Assembly: GCA_965204905.1 (NCBI GenBank)
Contig: OZ242042.1
Coordinates: forward strand, 4,012,891-4,076,890
Direction: 5' to 3'
Length of the DNA stretch: 64,000 bases
Origin: Dehalococcoidia bacterium
GTDB taxonomy: Bacteria; Chloroflexota; Dehalococcoidia; Lucifugimonadales; UBA3495
The notes beneath the pieces were generated by a model, which made no database searches, was not told the DNA's origin, and saw only the letters and a program-made list of their open reading frames with translations. Of the stretch, positions 1 to 9,252 are shown one piece after another (position 1 is the first letter of the stretch; the number at the start of each line of letters is the position of its first letter). The translations under genes and the position numbers were made by a program.

Positions 1-63
1 CATGAAACTCTCGATAGCGGCCACCGCATTCGCCGCGCTTTCCGGCCATTGATTTTCATTCAT
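1..63 (-). CDS. 5' end of a hypothetical gene running off the window edge
   Basis: ATG at 63 opens MNENQWPESAANAVAAIESFM with no stop before the edge; co-oriented with and just downstream of the Uma2 gene. Confidence 0.4.
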   Translation of the reverse strand, partial: MNENQWPESAANAVAAIESFM

Positions 64-101
64 TGAAGATCACTCACAATGAAGATCGCTCACAATCCGA
101 T

Positions 102-740
102 TCAGTTCCGGTCGAAAATCCAACGAGCCACATCGAATACAAACCCCGGCAGCACATCCTCCCCTGAAAGAGTGGCAGGATTGTCCAGACGCTCCGGCTC
201 GACTTGTCCCGCTCGATACACGAACACTCGCCGGTTGGTCGGGTCGATCAGCCAGCCCAGCAGGGCGCCGTTTTCCAGGTACAACTGCATCTTGGCCTGG
301 AGGGGAGCCAAGTTATCGGAGGTTGAGCGGATTTCGACCACGAAATCGGGACAGAATGGGTGCGCATCGCCGGCGACGTGGGGGTGAGCGTCCCATTTTT
401 CCTGGGAAGTCCACGAGGCATCAGGCACGAGTACACCGCCAAGGGGCATACGGAACCCCGCGTTGGAGTTTCTGGCTTGCCCGCCGTGGTCGTCGGTGTG
501 CAGCGTTAACCTGGTGGCAGTCTGGGTTTCATAGTCGTCGCTGGGGTGATGCACCGGTGGCATGGCGATTATTTCTCCGCCCGGGCTGAGTTCGAACTGC
601 CAGGTGTTTTGACTGTTTTTGTTGCAAAATTCGACAAACAGATTCTCCAGTTCCCGACCGGAGGCGGAGATTCCCAGATGGCTGGGATCTATCACCAGGG
701 CGTTGTCCTGCCAGATGCGTGTTTCGGTGGCCGTTGTCAT
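102..740 (-). CDS. Uma2/DUF820 family PD-(D/E)xK-like endonuclease
   Basis: FELSPGGEIIAMPP, VPDASW, PDFVVEIRSTSD, KMQLYLENGALLGWLIDP, LSGEDVLPGF motifs. Confidence 0.9.
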   Translation of the reverse strand: MTTATETRIWQDNALVIDPSHLGISASGRELENLFVEFCNKNSQNTWQFELSPGGEIIAMPPVHHPSDDYETQTATRLTLHTDDHGGQARNSNAGFRMPLGGVLVPDASWTSQEKWDAHPHVAGDAHPFCPDFVVEIRSTSDNLAPLQAKMQLYLENGALLGWLIDPTNRRVFVYRAGQVEPERLDNPATLSGEDVLPGFVFDVARWIFDRN

Positions 741-884
741 GGTTGCCCCTACCTATGTTGACCGTGGTTGCCGGTGCCATTATACCGCCTGTTGAACCAA
801 TTCCGATCCTGCGTTGTGACGCCGCATCCGTGCTAGAATCGGCGCGAACATCGGATATGAAACATGCACGCCAGAGGTGTCCAA

Positions 885-1661
885 GTGAGCAGCGCGAAAA
901 TCAACGGGATCGACCTGCACTACCAATGCTACGGCGAGGGCGACGCCATCGTGTTCGCTCACGGCGCCGGCGGCAACCTGCTCAGCTGGTGGCAGCAGAT
1001 ACCATTCTTCTCCCAACGATACCAGTGCGTCACCTTCGACCATCGCGGTTTCGGCCACTCGCTGGAAGTGCCGGAGGGTCCGGGGGCCGCGTCGTTTGTG
1101 GACGACCTGCGAGGGCTGCTGGACCACTTGGGAATCGAATCGGCGCACCTGGTGGCGCAGTCCATGGGCGGGCGCACGATGCTGGGGTTCGCAGTGAAGT
1201 ATCCGGGCCGGGTCAAGAGCCTGGTGATGGCGGACACCGTGGGCGGGATGAACGTGCCGGAAGTGGTTGCGGAACAGCACAATTGGGCGGCGACGCATAC
1301 AGCGTCGGGCGAGATCGGCTTCCGGGCCGTGTCGCCGCTGTTCGTGCAGCGCAACCCGAACCTGGCGAACCTGTACCTGCAAATCTCACGCACCAATCCG
1401 CCGCGACACATGCCGCCCGGCGGGCTGCCGGCCGGACCCGGGCCCGATGAACTGGCTGCGATGAAGGTACCAACGCTGTTCTTCGTGGGCGAGGATGACC
1501 AGATTTCACCGCCGCAGGTGATCGCGGCCGGCGCGAAGGCAATTCCAGGCTCCAAGCTCCTGCGGGTGCCGGAGGCAGGCCACTCGGTCTATTTCGAGAA
1601 GCCGGACATCTTCAACTTTGAAGTGCTGCGGTTCATCGAAAGCGCGGAGGCGTCCGCATGA
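885..1661 (+). CDS. Alpha/beta fold hydrolase
   Basis: FAHGAGG, FDHRGFGHS, AQSMGG nucleophile elbow, GEDD, AGHSVYFE; GTG at 885 follows a GAGGTG RBS. Confidence 0.88.
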   Translation: MSSAKINGIDLHYQCYGEGDAIVFAHGAGGNLLSWWQQIPFFSQRYQCVTFDHRGFGHSLEVPEGPGAASFVDDLRGLLDHLGIESAHLVAQSMGGRTMLGFAVKYPGRVKSLVMADTVGGMNVPEVVAEQHNWAATHTASGEIGFRAVSPLFVQRNPNLANLYLQISRTNPPRHMPPGGLPAGPGPDELAAMKVPTLFFVGEDDQISPPQVIAAGAKAIPGSKLLRVPEAGHSVYFEKPDIFNFEVLRFIESAEASA

Positions 1662-2437
1662 CCGCCGGCGTTAACTTGAAACGGCAGGACGCAATCGCAA
1701 CGCTGGAGATTGACGGACGCACGCACCTGAACCTGCTGGGGCCCAACGTATTTCGCGCACTGGCGGAGCGGGTTCAAGAGTGCGGGCAAGACGAGTCGCT
1801 GCGGGCGATCATCCTGCGCGGCGCGGGAGACCGGGCGTTTTCGGCCGGCGTTGACCTGCACGAGATGAAGGACCTGGAGCCTCTGTCGGCGGAGCGGTTC
1901 ATCCGCTCCCTCCACGCCGCCGCGCGCGGGTTGCTCAACGCGCCGCTGCCGGTGGTGGCGGCGATTCACGGGGCATGCCTAGGCGGGGCTTTTGAGTTGG
2001 CGTTGGCCTGCGACATCAGGGTGGCGGCTGACGACGCCGTGTTCGGCCTGCCGGAGGTGCGGGTCGGGTTGCCGTCGGTGATCGAGGCGTCGCTGCTGCC
2101 GCCAACGGTGGGTCTGGGACGGGCGCGGCGCATGCTGCTGACCGGCGAGACGGTGGACGCTCAGGAAGCCCTGGGCATGGGACTGGTGGACAAGGTGGTC
2201 CCCAAAGCGGAACTGGACGGGGCGGCGCTGGAAACAGCGGATAGTTTTCTGGGTATGGGGCGCTACATCCTGGCTGCGCAGAAACAGATCGTGTCGGCAT
2301 GGCTGGAAATGGGGCAGGAAGCCGCCGCCGAGTACAGCATCAAGACGTTTGCCCTGTGCTTCAACACGCCGTACCCCAACGAGGCGATGACCGCGTTCCT
2401 GGAAAAACGGCCGCCACGATTTGGCAACCTTAACTAA
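1658..2437 (+). CDS. Enoyl-CoA hydratase/isomerase family protein
   Basis: AFSAGVDL, GACLGGAFELALACD, FGLPEVRVG, AFLEKRPPRF. Confidence 0.9.
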   Translation: MTAGVNLKRQDAIATLEIDGRTHLNLLGPNVFRALAERVQECGQDESLRAIILRGAGDRAFSAGVDLHEMKDLEPLSAERFIRSLHAAARGLLNAPLPVVAAIHGACLGGAFELALACDIRVAADDAVFGLPEVRVGLPSVIEASLLPPTVGLGRARRMLLTGETVDAQEALGMGLVDKVVPKAELDGAALETADSFLGMGRYILAAQKQIVSAWLEMGQEAAAEYSIKTFALCFNTPYPNEAMTAFLEKRPPRFGNLN

Positions 2438-2448
2438 TAGTATTTTCA

Positions 2449-2485
2449 CCCTCACCCTAGCCCTCTCCCATCAAGGGAGAGGGGA
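2449..2485 (+). repeat. Palindromic repeat family A (BoxC-like: CCCTCACCCTAGCCCTCTCCC-n-GGGAGAGGGG)
   Basis: Pyrimidine tail plus hairpin. Other copies at about 9201, 12008, 26062, 35044, 49346, 53900 (tail-less), 53933, 56631, 57580, 57644. Confidence 0.85.
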
Positions 2486-2499
2486 TTTTGGAGGAGATC

Positions 2500-3141
2500 A
2501 TGCCCGAGAATACCGAGCTGTTTCACATCATGCGCACGACCCGGGCCATGCGGCGGTTGAAGCCGGACCCGGTGCCCGACGAACTGATCCACCAGATATT
2601 GCAGGCCGGCCAGTGGGCGGCCAACGGCGGCGCCAACCAGCGCTGGCGTTTCCTGGTCATCAAGGACCGCAGCATCAAGGAGCAGGTGCAGAAGTGGTAT
2701 CAGAAAGCCTTTGACGAGGTGGTCGGGCCGCGCTACCGGGGCAGCGAGCCGCCGCCGGGTTCCAGCCCGGGCCGGTACCGGCGGCAGCACGACGCGGTGG
2801 AGTACCTGACCGAGCACTATCACGAAGCGCCGGTGTGGATCGTGGCCTGCCAGGACGACGGCGAGGAAACGCCGACACGCTCAGCGGGCGCGTCCATCTA
2901 CCCGGCGGTGCAGAACATGCTGCTGGCCGCCCGCGCGCTGGGCCTGGGCGCGACGCTGACCAGCCGGCACCTCCGCCATGAGAAGGAAGTCGAGGAAATC
3001 CTGGGACTGCCGCCCGGCGTCCACTCCTACGCCATCCTGCCCATCGGCTACCCGATGGGCAACTTCGGGCCGGTGCGCCGGGGGCCGCTGGCCGACGTGG
3101 TGTACCAGGATCGGTGGGGCGAGCCGTACATCATGGACTGA
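2500..3141 (+). CDS. Nitroreductase family protein
   Basis: RAMRRLKPDPVP, AANGGANQRWRFLV, QNMLLAARALGLGA, LPIGYP; ATG 2500 follows GGAGGAG. Confidence 0.9.
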   Translation: MPENTELFHIMRTTRAMRRLKPDPVPDELIHQILQAGQWAANGGANQRWRFLVIKDRSIKEQVQKWYQKAFDEVVGPRYRGSEPPPGSSPGRYRRQHDAVEYLTEHYHEAPVWIVACQDDGEETPTRSAGASIYPAVQNMLLAARALGLGATLTSRHLRHEKEVEEILGLPPGVHSYAILPIGYPMGNFGPVRRGPLADVVYQDRWGEPYIMD

Positions 3142-3153
3142 TCGTCGGCCGAC

Positions 3154-3182
3154 GAGATTGCCGCGCTACGCTCGCAATGACA
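3154..3182 (+). repeat. Palindromic repeat family B (GAGATTGCC-n-CGCTCGCAATGACA; RPE/REP-like)
   Basis: Solo copies at 3154, 7206, 12345 and 21771 (partial); inverted pairs at 13606-13695 and 15241-15325. Confidence 0.85.
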
Positions 3183-3217
3183 GACCGGGAAGACGCCGGA
3201 GCAAGGGAGGTTTTGAC

Positions 3218-3736
3218 ATGAACGTATTTGAATGTATCAGGCGGCGGCGCACCATCCGGGACTTCAAGCCAGACCCGGTGCCGGACGACGTGGTCCACCG
3301 AATCTTGCAGGCGGCGCGTTGGGCGCCCAGTTCCAGCAACACGCAGCCGTGGCACTTCATCGTGGTGCGGAATCCCGACACCATCGCGGAGTTGGGAAGC
3401 ATCTGCACGCAGGGGACGTTCATCGGCAACGCGCCGCTGGCCATTGCCGTGGTGATGGGCGAAACGCGCCGGCCGCAGCTGGACGCCGGACGGGCGTTGC
3501 AGCAGATGGAGTTGGTGGCGTGGTCGGAGGGTCTGGGCACCTGCTTCGTGGGCATACGCGGCGAGCAGCAGGACCAGGTCAAGACGCTGCTGGGCATCCC
3601 CGAGGATATGGAGCTGATCACGGTGCTGCCCTTCGGCTACCGCATCATGCGGCCGGCAGGCACGGGCACGCCGCGCAAGCCGATGTCGGAGATTACGCAC
3701 GGCGAGCGGTTCGGGGAGGAGTTGACGTTTGGATAG
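3218..3736 (+). CDS. Nitroreductase family protein
   Basis: RRTIRDFKPDPVP, WAPSSSNTQPWHFIVV, EGLGTCF, LPFGY; ATG 3218 follows GGGAGG. Confidence 0.9.
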   Translation: MNVFECIRRRRTIRDFKPDPVPDDVVHRILQAARWAPSSSNTQPWHFIVVRNPDTIAELGSICTQGTFIGNAPLAIAVVMGETRRPQLDAGRALQQMELVAWSEGLGTCFVGIRGEQQDQVKTLLGIPEDMELITVLPFGYRIMRPAGTGTPRKPMSEITHGERFGEELTFG

Positions 3737-3755
3737 TCATCGAGGAGGGACGACC

Positions 3756-4868
3756 ATGCCAGGAATCTACCGGGCAGACCACGTGGGCAGCCTGCTTCGG
3801 CCGGCTGAGGTCAAGGAAGCACGGGGCGCGTTTCAAGCGGGAAATCTGGACGCGGAGGGACTCCGGGAGGTCGAAGATCGGGCCATCCTTGATGCTCTGG
3901 AGCGGCAGCGGGCGGCCGGTGTCAGCGTCTTTACCGACGGCGAATTCCGTCGGACGGGGTTCCAGAACGACCTGATTGAGGCCGTTGAGGGCTTCGTTAC
4001 ACCCGACGCGCCGGCGGTAGTTCGCGTCTGGCAGGGGCCGGGCGGCGAACCCACCGAGCAAGGCACACGGCAGGTAGTCGGCGCGAAGCTGCGGCAGGTG
4101 CGCGGATTGACCGAGAATCAACGTGAGTTCCTGCAAGCCCACTCCCCTGGTCCGGTCAAGGTGACCATACCGAGCCCCAGCCAGTTTCCCGCCATCTGCT
4201 ACCAACCGGGCGTGTCCGACCGGTTCTACTCGACCCGCTCTGATCTGCTGTGGGAGATCGCGGGGTTCATCAAGTCCGAAATCGTTACCCTGCTGGAATC
4301 GGGAGTTGAATACATCCAGATCGACGCGCCGCGTTACAGCTACTACGTTGATCCGCAGTGGAGACAGCATCTGCGGGAGTTGGGCGAGGACCCAGACGCT
4401 ATGTTTGAGGAGGCCGTCGCCGCCGACAATTTCTGCCTGGAAGGGGCGCAGCGTCCGGGCGCGACCGTGGCGTTGCACGTTTGTCGCGGCAACAACCAGA
4501 GCAAGTGGTACGCGCAGGGCGGCTACGAGGCCATCGCCGAGCGGCTGTTCGGCACCCTGGCGGTGGACCGGTTCCTGCTGGAATACGACACGGAGCGGGC
4601 TGGGACTTTCGAGCCGCTGCGGTTCATGCCGGCGGACAAGATGGTTGTGCTCGGCTTGGTCAGCAGCAAAGACCCCGCTTTGGAGTCAGCCGACTACCTG
4701 ATTGAGCGGATTGAAGAGGCCAGTGCATACGTGCCGCTGGAGCGGCTGGCGCTCAGCCCGCAGTGCGGGTTCGCGTCAACGGCGGCGGGGAATCTGCTCA
4801 GTGAGGAAGACCAGTGGAGCAAGCTGGAACTGGTTGCCGAAACGTGCCGGCGGGTTTGGGGAGAGTGA
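3756..4868 (+). CDS. Cobalamin-independent methionine synthase II (single-barrel MetE-like) family protein
   Basis: RADHVGSLLRP, TDGEFRR, Zn ligands LHVCRGN and SPQCGFAS, FLLEYD. Confidence 0.88.
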   Translation: MPGIYRADHVGSLLRPAEVKEARGAFQAGNLDAEGLREVEDRAILDALERQRAAGVSVFTDGEFRRTGFQNDLIEAVEGFVTPDAPAVVRVWQGPGGEPTEQGTRQVVGAKLRQVRGLTENQREFLQAHSPGPVKVTIPSPSQFPAICYQPGVSDRFYSTRSDLLWEIAGFIKSEIVTLLESGVEYIQIDAPRYSYYVDPQWRQHLRELGEDPDAMFEEAVAADNFCLEGAQRPGATVALHVCRGNNQSKWYAQGGYEAIAERLFGTLAVDRFLLEYDTERAGTFEPLRFMPADKMVVLGLVSSKDPALESADYLIERIEEASAYVPLERLALSPQCGFASTAAGNLLSEEDQWSKLELVAETCRRVWGE

Positions 4869-4953
4869 GGACTACACAACGTACGACCAGCGGTTTTCGT
4901 ACAAGCGAAGCGCTAGCGTTGATTTACCTGTCCGGACGGTTGACTGGCTCGGT

Positions 4954-5574
4954 TTATATCTGGGCCATTACTTTGCCAGTCCCCCTCGACCGCACGACGA
5001 GGTCCAAACTGATCACAGAGTTCCTATAGAACGCGGTCAGATCGATTCCACCGGGCGAGTCTATCATGGCCCCTACTCGATCGATCCAAGGGGGAATCAC
5101 CTCCACCTCGGCATAAACGCCTGGGCCGTCGGGGCCTTGAGGATCGAAATGCGCGCTACCTTGGGCCGTGAAACCAGCCCACAAATTGAAGTCAAGAGGA
5201 GCCTCCTTGGGTCCCCTGGTCCCTGCTCCGGGTGGGTTCACCATCAAACGTGTTCGTTCGTTGTTCAACTGGGTTGCCAACCACTGCAACACTGGCTCGC
5301 TGAGTGGTTCTTCGTCCAGTTCCGCAATAGAATCCCCGAGCCCGGCTACTTTTATGAAAAACCGCCGACGGTACTTGTTTACGGTGCTAACCTGAGGTTC
5401 GGTCTGATCTACGCTTGATGATTCAAGGTCTGCTGAAGATAGTAGCCCTCCAGGTGGTTTACCCTCGGGCCAATTCACGAGCGCTTCCGGCCGTGGTTTG
5501 AGATCGCGCTCGCCTTCCATCAGTAGGACCGACACTCTTCCCACGAGCTCTTCGTTTGAGTTCTCCGTTGCCAT
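4954..5574 (-). CDS. Hypothetical protein
   Basis: 206-aa ORF with a GGGGGTG RBS-like site, 8 bp after the upstream ORF, in a visibly lower-GC segment; no family motif recognised. Confidence 0.55.
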   Translation of the reverse strand: MATENSNEELVGRVSVLLMEGERDLKPRPEALVNWPEGKPPGGLLSSADLESSSVDQTEPQVSTVNKYRRRFFIKVAGLGDSIAELDEEPLSEPVLQWLATQLNNERTRLMVNPPGAGTRGPKEAPLDFNLWAGFTAQGSAHFDPQGPDGPGVYAEVEVIPPWIDRVGAMIDSPGGIDLTAFYRNSVISLDLVVRSRGTGKVMAQI

Positions 5575-5582
5575 AACACCCC

Positions 5583-6308
5583 CTATGCTAAATCGCTTCC
5601 ACCTGATAGGGACCGTACGTCATAAAAAGTGTAACATTTCCAAACCTCGGCGCGCCCACCGACTTCGGCCCTATACGACGGATTGTATATGGCAGTAAGG
5701 GCGACGACCGATTCGATAGCCCCGTCAACGATAAATTGATAAGTTTCTTGGTGGCACTCTCCGGGTTCGATCGCTATGTCACCGTCAGTCCACTTCCGTT
5801 TGATCTCTTTGAGAATTGGCCAGCCGAATTGTTCATAATCGCTATCGCTTTCCTGCGAGGAGTCCAAAAAGATTTCCAACACCCGGGAATCATCCAGAGG
5901 AGAGAGCTGAGCGAGCCTGCAATAACCTCGTAGTGGTTTGACCAATACCTTGGAATTGTTCGTCAACACGGCAGTTGCTACTATTAGCAAGTACGAATCG
6001 CCGATTGGTCGGGCCAATATGGTCTGCTCGATGGTGAGGTGAGGTTCAAACTCTCGGAAAATATCCAGTTTGTACCAAGCTATCGTTATGCCTGTCGATA
6101 TGGCCAAAGCGGTCGCTATGTTCCTCAGGTCGTTGCCATCGGCCGTTTTGACGATAGTTCCCAGGTAGTCCAAAAAGCCCTGTGGTTCGCCACCCGTAAT
6201 ATGTCCCGCCGCATTGAAGCAAATCCTGACAGCCAAATACCCTGCCGTGATCACGGATGCTGCTATCGCCGCAACCGCGAATGTTTTGGCTGCCCTTCTT
6301 AACGTCAT
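5583..6308 (-). CDS. Hypothetical membrane protein
   Basis: Two N-terminal hydrophobic segments followed by a beta-rich domain; starts 4 bp after the ECH stop; lower GC. Confidence 0.6.
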   Translation of the reverse strand: MTLRRAAKTFAVAAIAASVITAGYLAVRICFNAAGHITGGEPQGFLDYLGTIVKTADGNDLRNIATALAISTGITIAWYKLDIFREFEPHLTIEQTILARPIGDSYLLIVATAVLTNNSKVLVKPLRGYCRLAQLSPLDDSRVLEIFLDSSQESDSDYEQFGWPILKEIKRKWTDGDIAIEPGECHQETYQFIVDGAIESVVALTAIYNPSYRAEVGGRAEVWKCYTFYDVRSLSGGSDLA

Positions 6309-6311
6309 AGC

Positions 6312-7160
6312 CTACCGCCCCTTGAACTCCGGCGCCCGCTTCTCCAGAAACGCTCGCCTTGCCTCCTGGGCGTCCTCGGAGCCGTTTAGGATGCCGCCGG
6401 CGTTGGACGTTAGGGTCATGGTGGTTTCCAGGGTGCTGTCGAGGGCGGCGCGCATGATGCGCTTGCTGATCCACTGCACCATGGGCGGTGTGCGGATGAT
6501 GCGGTCGCAGAGGTCGCGAGTGGTTTGTTCCAGGTCTTCGGAGTCCACCAGGTAGTTGAGCATGCCCCACTCGTAGGCGCGCTGGGCGTCCAGGTGGCCG
6601 GTGTAGGCGAACTCCAGGGCGCGGCCGAGGCCGACCATCTTGGGCAGGTAGTAGCTGCCGCCGTTCTCGATGATCTGGCCCAACTGCTGGTAGCCGATGA
6701 AGCGGGTGTTTTCGCAGCCCAGCCGGATGTCGCAGTGCAACGCCATGTCCATTCCGGAGCCGACGGCGGGGCCGTTGATCATGGCGATGGTGGGCTTGCG
6801 CACCTGGGAGATGTCGCGGTGGAGCTTGGTGAAGCCGTGGTAGAAGTGCTCGCGGGCCGCGTCAGGTCCGGGCTGGGTGCCGCGGTTGCCGATGAAGTTC
6901 TCGCCGGTCACGGCTGGGTCGTGGTCGCGCCGCATGTCGGCGCCGGAACAGAAGCCGCGACCGACGCCGGTGAGGACGATGACGCGGACGTTGGGATCAT
7001 CGTCGCCGGCGCGCATGTACTCGCCCACCTTGGCGACGGTGCCGTTCTCCTCGGACGAGCCGATGAGGGCGTTCATGCGCTCAGGACGGTTGAACTTGAT
7101 CCAGAGGATGCCCGATTCCTCGGGTTCGTAGAGCAGGTAAGGCACCAGATTGGGGGCCAT
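6312..7160 (-). CDS. Enoyl-CoA hydratase/isomerase family protein
   Basis: NRPERMNAL, GFCSGADM, KPTIAMINGPAVGSG, AFLEKRAPEFKGR. Confidence 0.9.
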   Translation of the reverse strand: MAPNLVPYLLYEPEESGILWIKFNRPERMNALIGSSEENGTVAKVGEYMRAGDDDPNVRVIVLTGVGRGFCSGADMRRDHDPAVTGENFIGNRGTQPGPDAAREHFYHGFTKLHRDISQVRKPTIAMINGPAVGSGMDMALHCDIRLGCENTRFIGYQQLGQIIENGGSYYLPKMVGLGRALEFAYTGHLDAQRAYEWGMLNYLVDSEDLEQTTRDLCDRIIRTPPMVQWISKRIMRAALDSTLETTMTLTSNAGGILNGSEDAQEARRAFLEKRAPEFKGR

Positions 7161-7283
7161 GGTTGACTCCTGGGTTGAGTGTTATGCGGTGGTTAGCCTC
7201 TCGGCGAGATTGCCACGCTTCGCTCGCAATGACAGGGTGGGAGCGGCAATGACGAGGCGGGAGCGGCTATGCAGCTAATCGCG

Positions 7284-8036
7284 CTATTGCGCCGTTCGGC
7301 CGCCGTCGATGACGACCTCGGAGCCGGTGACGAATGAGGACTCGTCGCTGGCGAGATACAACACGCCGTAGGCGATTTCCTCGGGGCGACCGACGCGGCC
7401 CAGCGGCACGCGGCCAACCTGGGCGGCGACACGTACCTCGTCATCCGGCGTGGCGCCCAGCATGGGGGTTTGCACCGGGCCGGGATGGACGGAGTTGCAG
7501 CGGATGCCCTCGCGGGCGTACTGGATGGCGGTGGACTTGGTGAACAGGCGGACGGCTCCCTTGCTGGCGGCATAGGCGGCGGAGGTGCCGGGGGCGGGCG
7601 CGATGCCGGCGCCGGACGAGATGTTGATGATGGAGCCGCCGCCGGAGTCGCGCATGGCCGGAATGGTCGCGCGGGTGCCCAGGAACACGCCCTTGACGTT
7701 GATGTCCATGGTGCGTTCCCACTGAGCCTCGGTCAGGTCCTCGATGCCCTCCCGCACGGAGATGCCGGCGTTGTTGACCAGGATGTCGAGCCGGCCGAAC
7801 CGGGAGACGGTGGTGGCCACGGCGTTCTGCCAGTCGGATTCGCTGGTGACGTCCAGTTCCACGAAGACGCACTGACCACCAGTCTCGTTGATCTGCGCCT
7901 CGGTGGCGCGGCCTTCCTCGGTGAGCACGTCTCCGATGACGACTATCGCGCCCTCGCGGGCGAACAACCTGGCTTCTTCGGCGCCCATGCCGCGAGCGCC
8001 GCCGCTAATCAGGGCTACCTTGTTCTCCAGCCGCAT
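7284..8036 (-). CDS. SDR family NAD(P)-dependent oxidoreductase (3alpha/20beta-HSD or cyclopentanol dehydrogenase-like)
   Basis: ISGGARGMG, LVNNAGI, YAASK, NSVHPG; ATG 8036 follows GGAGGAG. Confidence 0.92.
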   Translation of the reverse strand: MRLENKVALISGGARGMGAEEARLFAREGAIVVIGDVLTEEGRATEAQINETGGQCVFVELDVTSESDWQNAVATTVSRFGRLDILVNNAGISVREGIEDLTEAQWERTMDINVKGVFLGTRATIPAMRDSGGGSIINISSGAGIAPAPGTSAAYAASKGAVRLFTKSTAIQYAREGIRCNSVHPGPVQTPMLGATPDDEVRVAAQVGRVPLGRVGRPEEIAYGVLYLASDESSFVTGSEVVIDGGRTAQ

Positions 8037-8721
8037 TTGGCTCCTCCTGTTCAATGTCTGCAAACAAAGCAAAAATCCGCTCCCGCACCGCAAAGCGAAA
8101 GCCGGGAAGCACGTCATCGTCGCCGTCGATGTACTCCGGGTCGTGCAGCGTTTCCGGTTCCTGGCCGGGGCGGAACTTGATTACGGTGCGGGTTTCTGCG
8201 TCGATGAACCAGGCCAGCCTAGTTCCGTGTTCCAGGAACAGGTCAATTTTGTTGATAAGCTCGGCGTCGCTGTTGGACGGCGATTTTATCTCGGCGATGA
8301 AATCCGGCACGATGTGCGCGAAGGGCTTATTCTCCGGCAGTGTCAACTCACCCAGGCGTTCCGCGCGCAGCCAGGCAGCGTCAGGGCCGAAGCGGGAACC
8401 ATCGGGCAAAATGAATCTGCTGGTGGGTCCGAATGATATGCCACCGTATTCGGCGGTCCAGTTGCCCAAAGCGATAGCCAATTGGTTCTCATACAGGTCG
8501 CCGGGGTTACCGGTAGGTTCCCGAATTAGCAGGTGGCCGGTGCCGGAAATTTCGTACTCATACATATCGGAGTTCCGTTCCGCGAAAGCCTCAAACCATT
8601 GATCAAGGTCGGGGTCGTCCAACGACTTGCCGAACTCGGCCAAGGGGATTGCGATTGTGCCTGGCCAACAGGGCGCCGGCCGGCCGCGTATCTTCACGGG
8701 TTGCAGTACGGTAGTAGTCAT
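8005..8721 (-). CDS. Uma2/DUF820 family endonuclease
   Basis: FILPDGSRFGPDAAW, PDFIAEIKSPSN, GTRLAWFID, DVLPGF. Confidence 0.88.
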   Translation of the reverse strand: MTTTVLQPVKIRGRPAPCWPGTIAIPLAEFGKSLDDPDLDQWFEAFAERNSDMYEYEISGTGHLLIREPTGNPGDLYENQLAIALGNWTAEYGGISFGPTSRFILPDGSRFGPDAAWLRAERLGELTLPENKPFAHIVPDFIAEIKSPSNSDAELINKIDLFLEHGTRLAWFIDAETRTVIKFRPGQEPETLHDPEYIDGDDDVLPGFRFAVRERIFALFADIEQEEPNAAGEQGSPD

Positions 8722-8737
8722 GGCAAGTCCCCGCTTG

Positions 8738-9169
8738 TTACTCGGCGTCCCGGGAGTAGTCCCACGAACGGATTTTGTGGGGCGACACCTTGATGTAGGC
8801 GGCGCCGGGGCGCGGCTCGGTGGGGAGTTGGTCGTCGGGGACGCTGCGGAGTTTGGCGGCTTCGCGGGCGTAGTGCAGGAACTCGTCGGGGTCGGAGATT
8901 ACGGTGGCGTTGCCCTGGATCATGACGCCCTTGATGTCCTGTCTGGTGCTGCCGCTCTCGATCATCAGGCTGACCCTGGGGTTGTAGCGGATGTTTTTGA
9001 TCTTGAGGGTGTTGTTGCGCACGCCGAGCAGGATGTCGTCGCCCAGCCGGAAGTATCCGGTGGGCACGGTGTGCGGGAACCCATCGGGGCCGACGGTGGT
9101 GAGGGCGATCCAGCCGGGCTTGCTGTCCAGGAAGTCGTGGGCTTCCTGCCGTGTCATGGGGCGTGGCAT
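8738..9169 (-). CDS. Pyridoxamine 5'-phosphate oxidase-like (PPOX class, possibly F420-dependent) protein
   Basis: LTTVGPDGFPH, KIKNIRYNPRVSLMI, GVMIQG, SWDY. Confidence 0.82.
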   Translation of the reverse strand: MPRPMTRQEAHDFLDSKPGWIALTTVGPDGFPHTVPTGYFRLGDDILLGVRNNTLKIKNIRYNPRVSLMIESGSTRQDIKGVMIQGNATVISDPDEFLHYAREAAKLRSVPDDQLPTEPRPGAAYIKVSPHKIRSWDYSRDAE

Positions 9170-9252
9170 AGCATGTGCTCCTGGAGAGGAAGAAAAGCCT
9201 CCTCACCCTAGCCCTCTCCCGCGAGGGGAGAGGGGATGATAGGACGGGTTTA

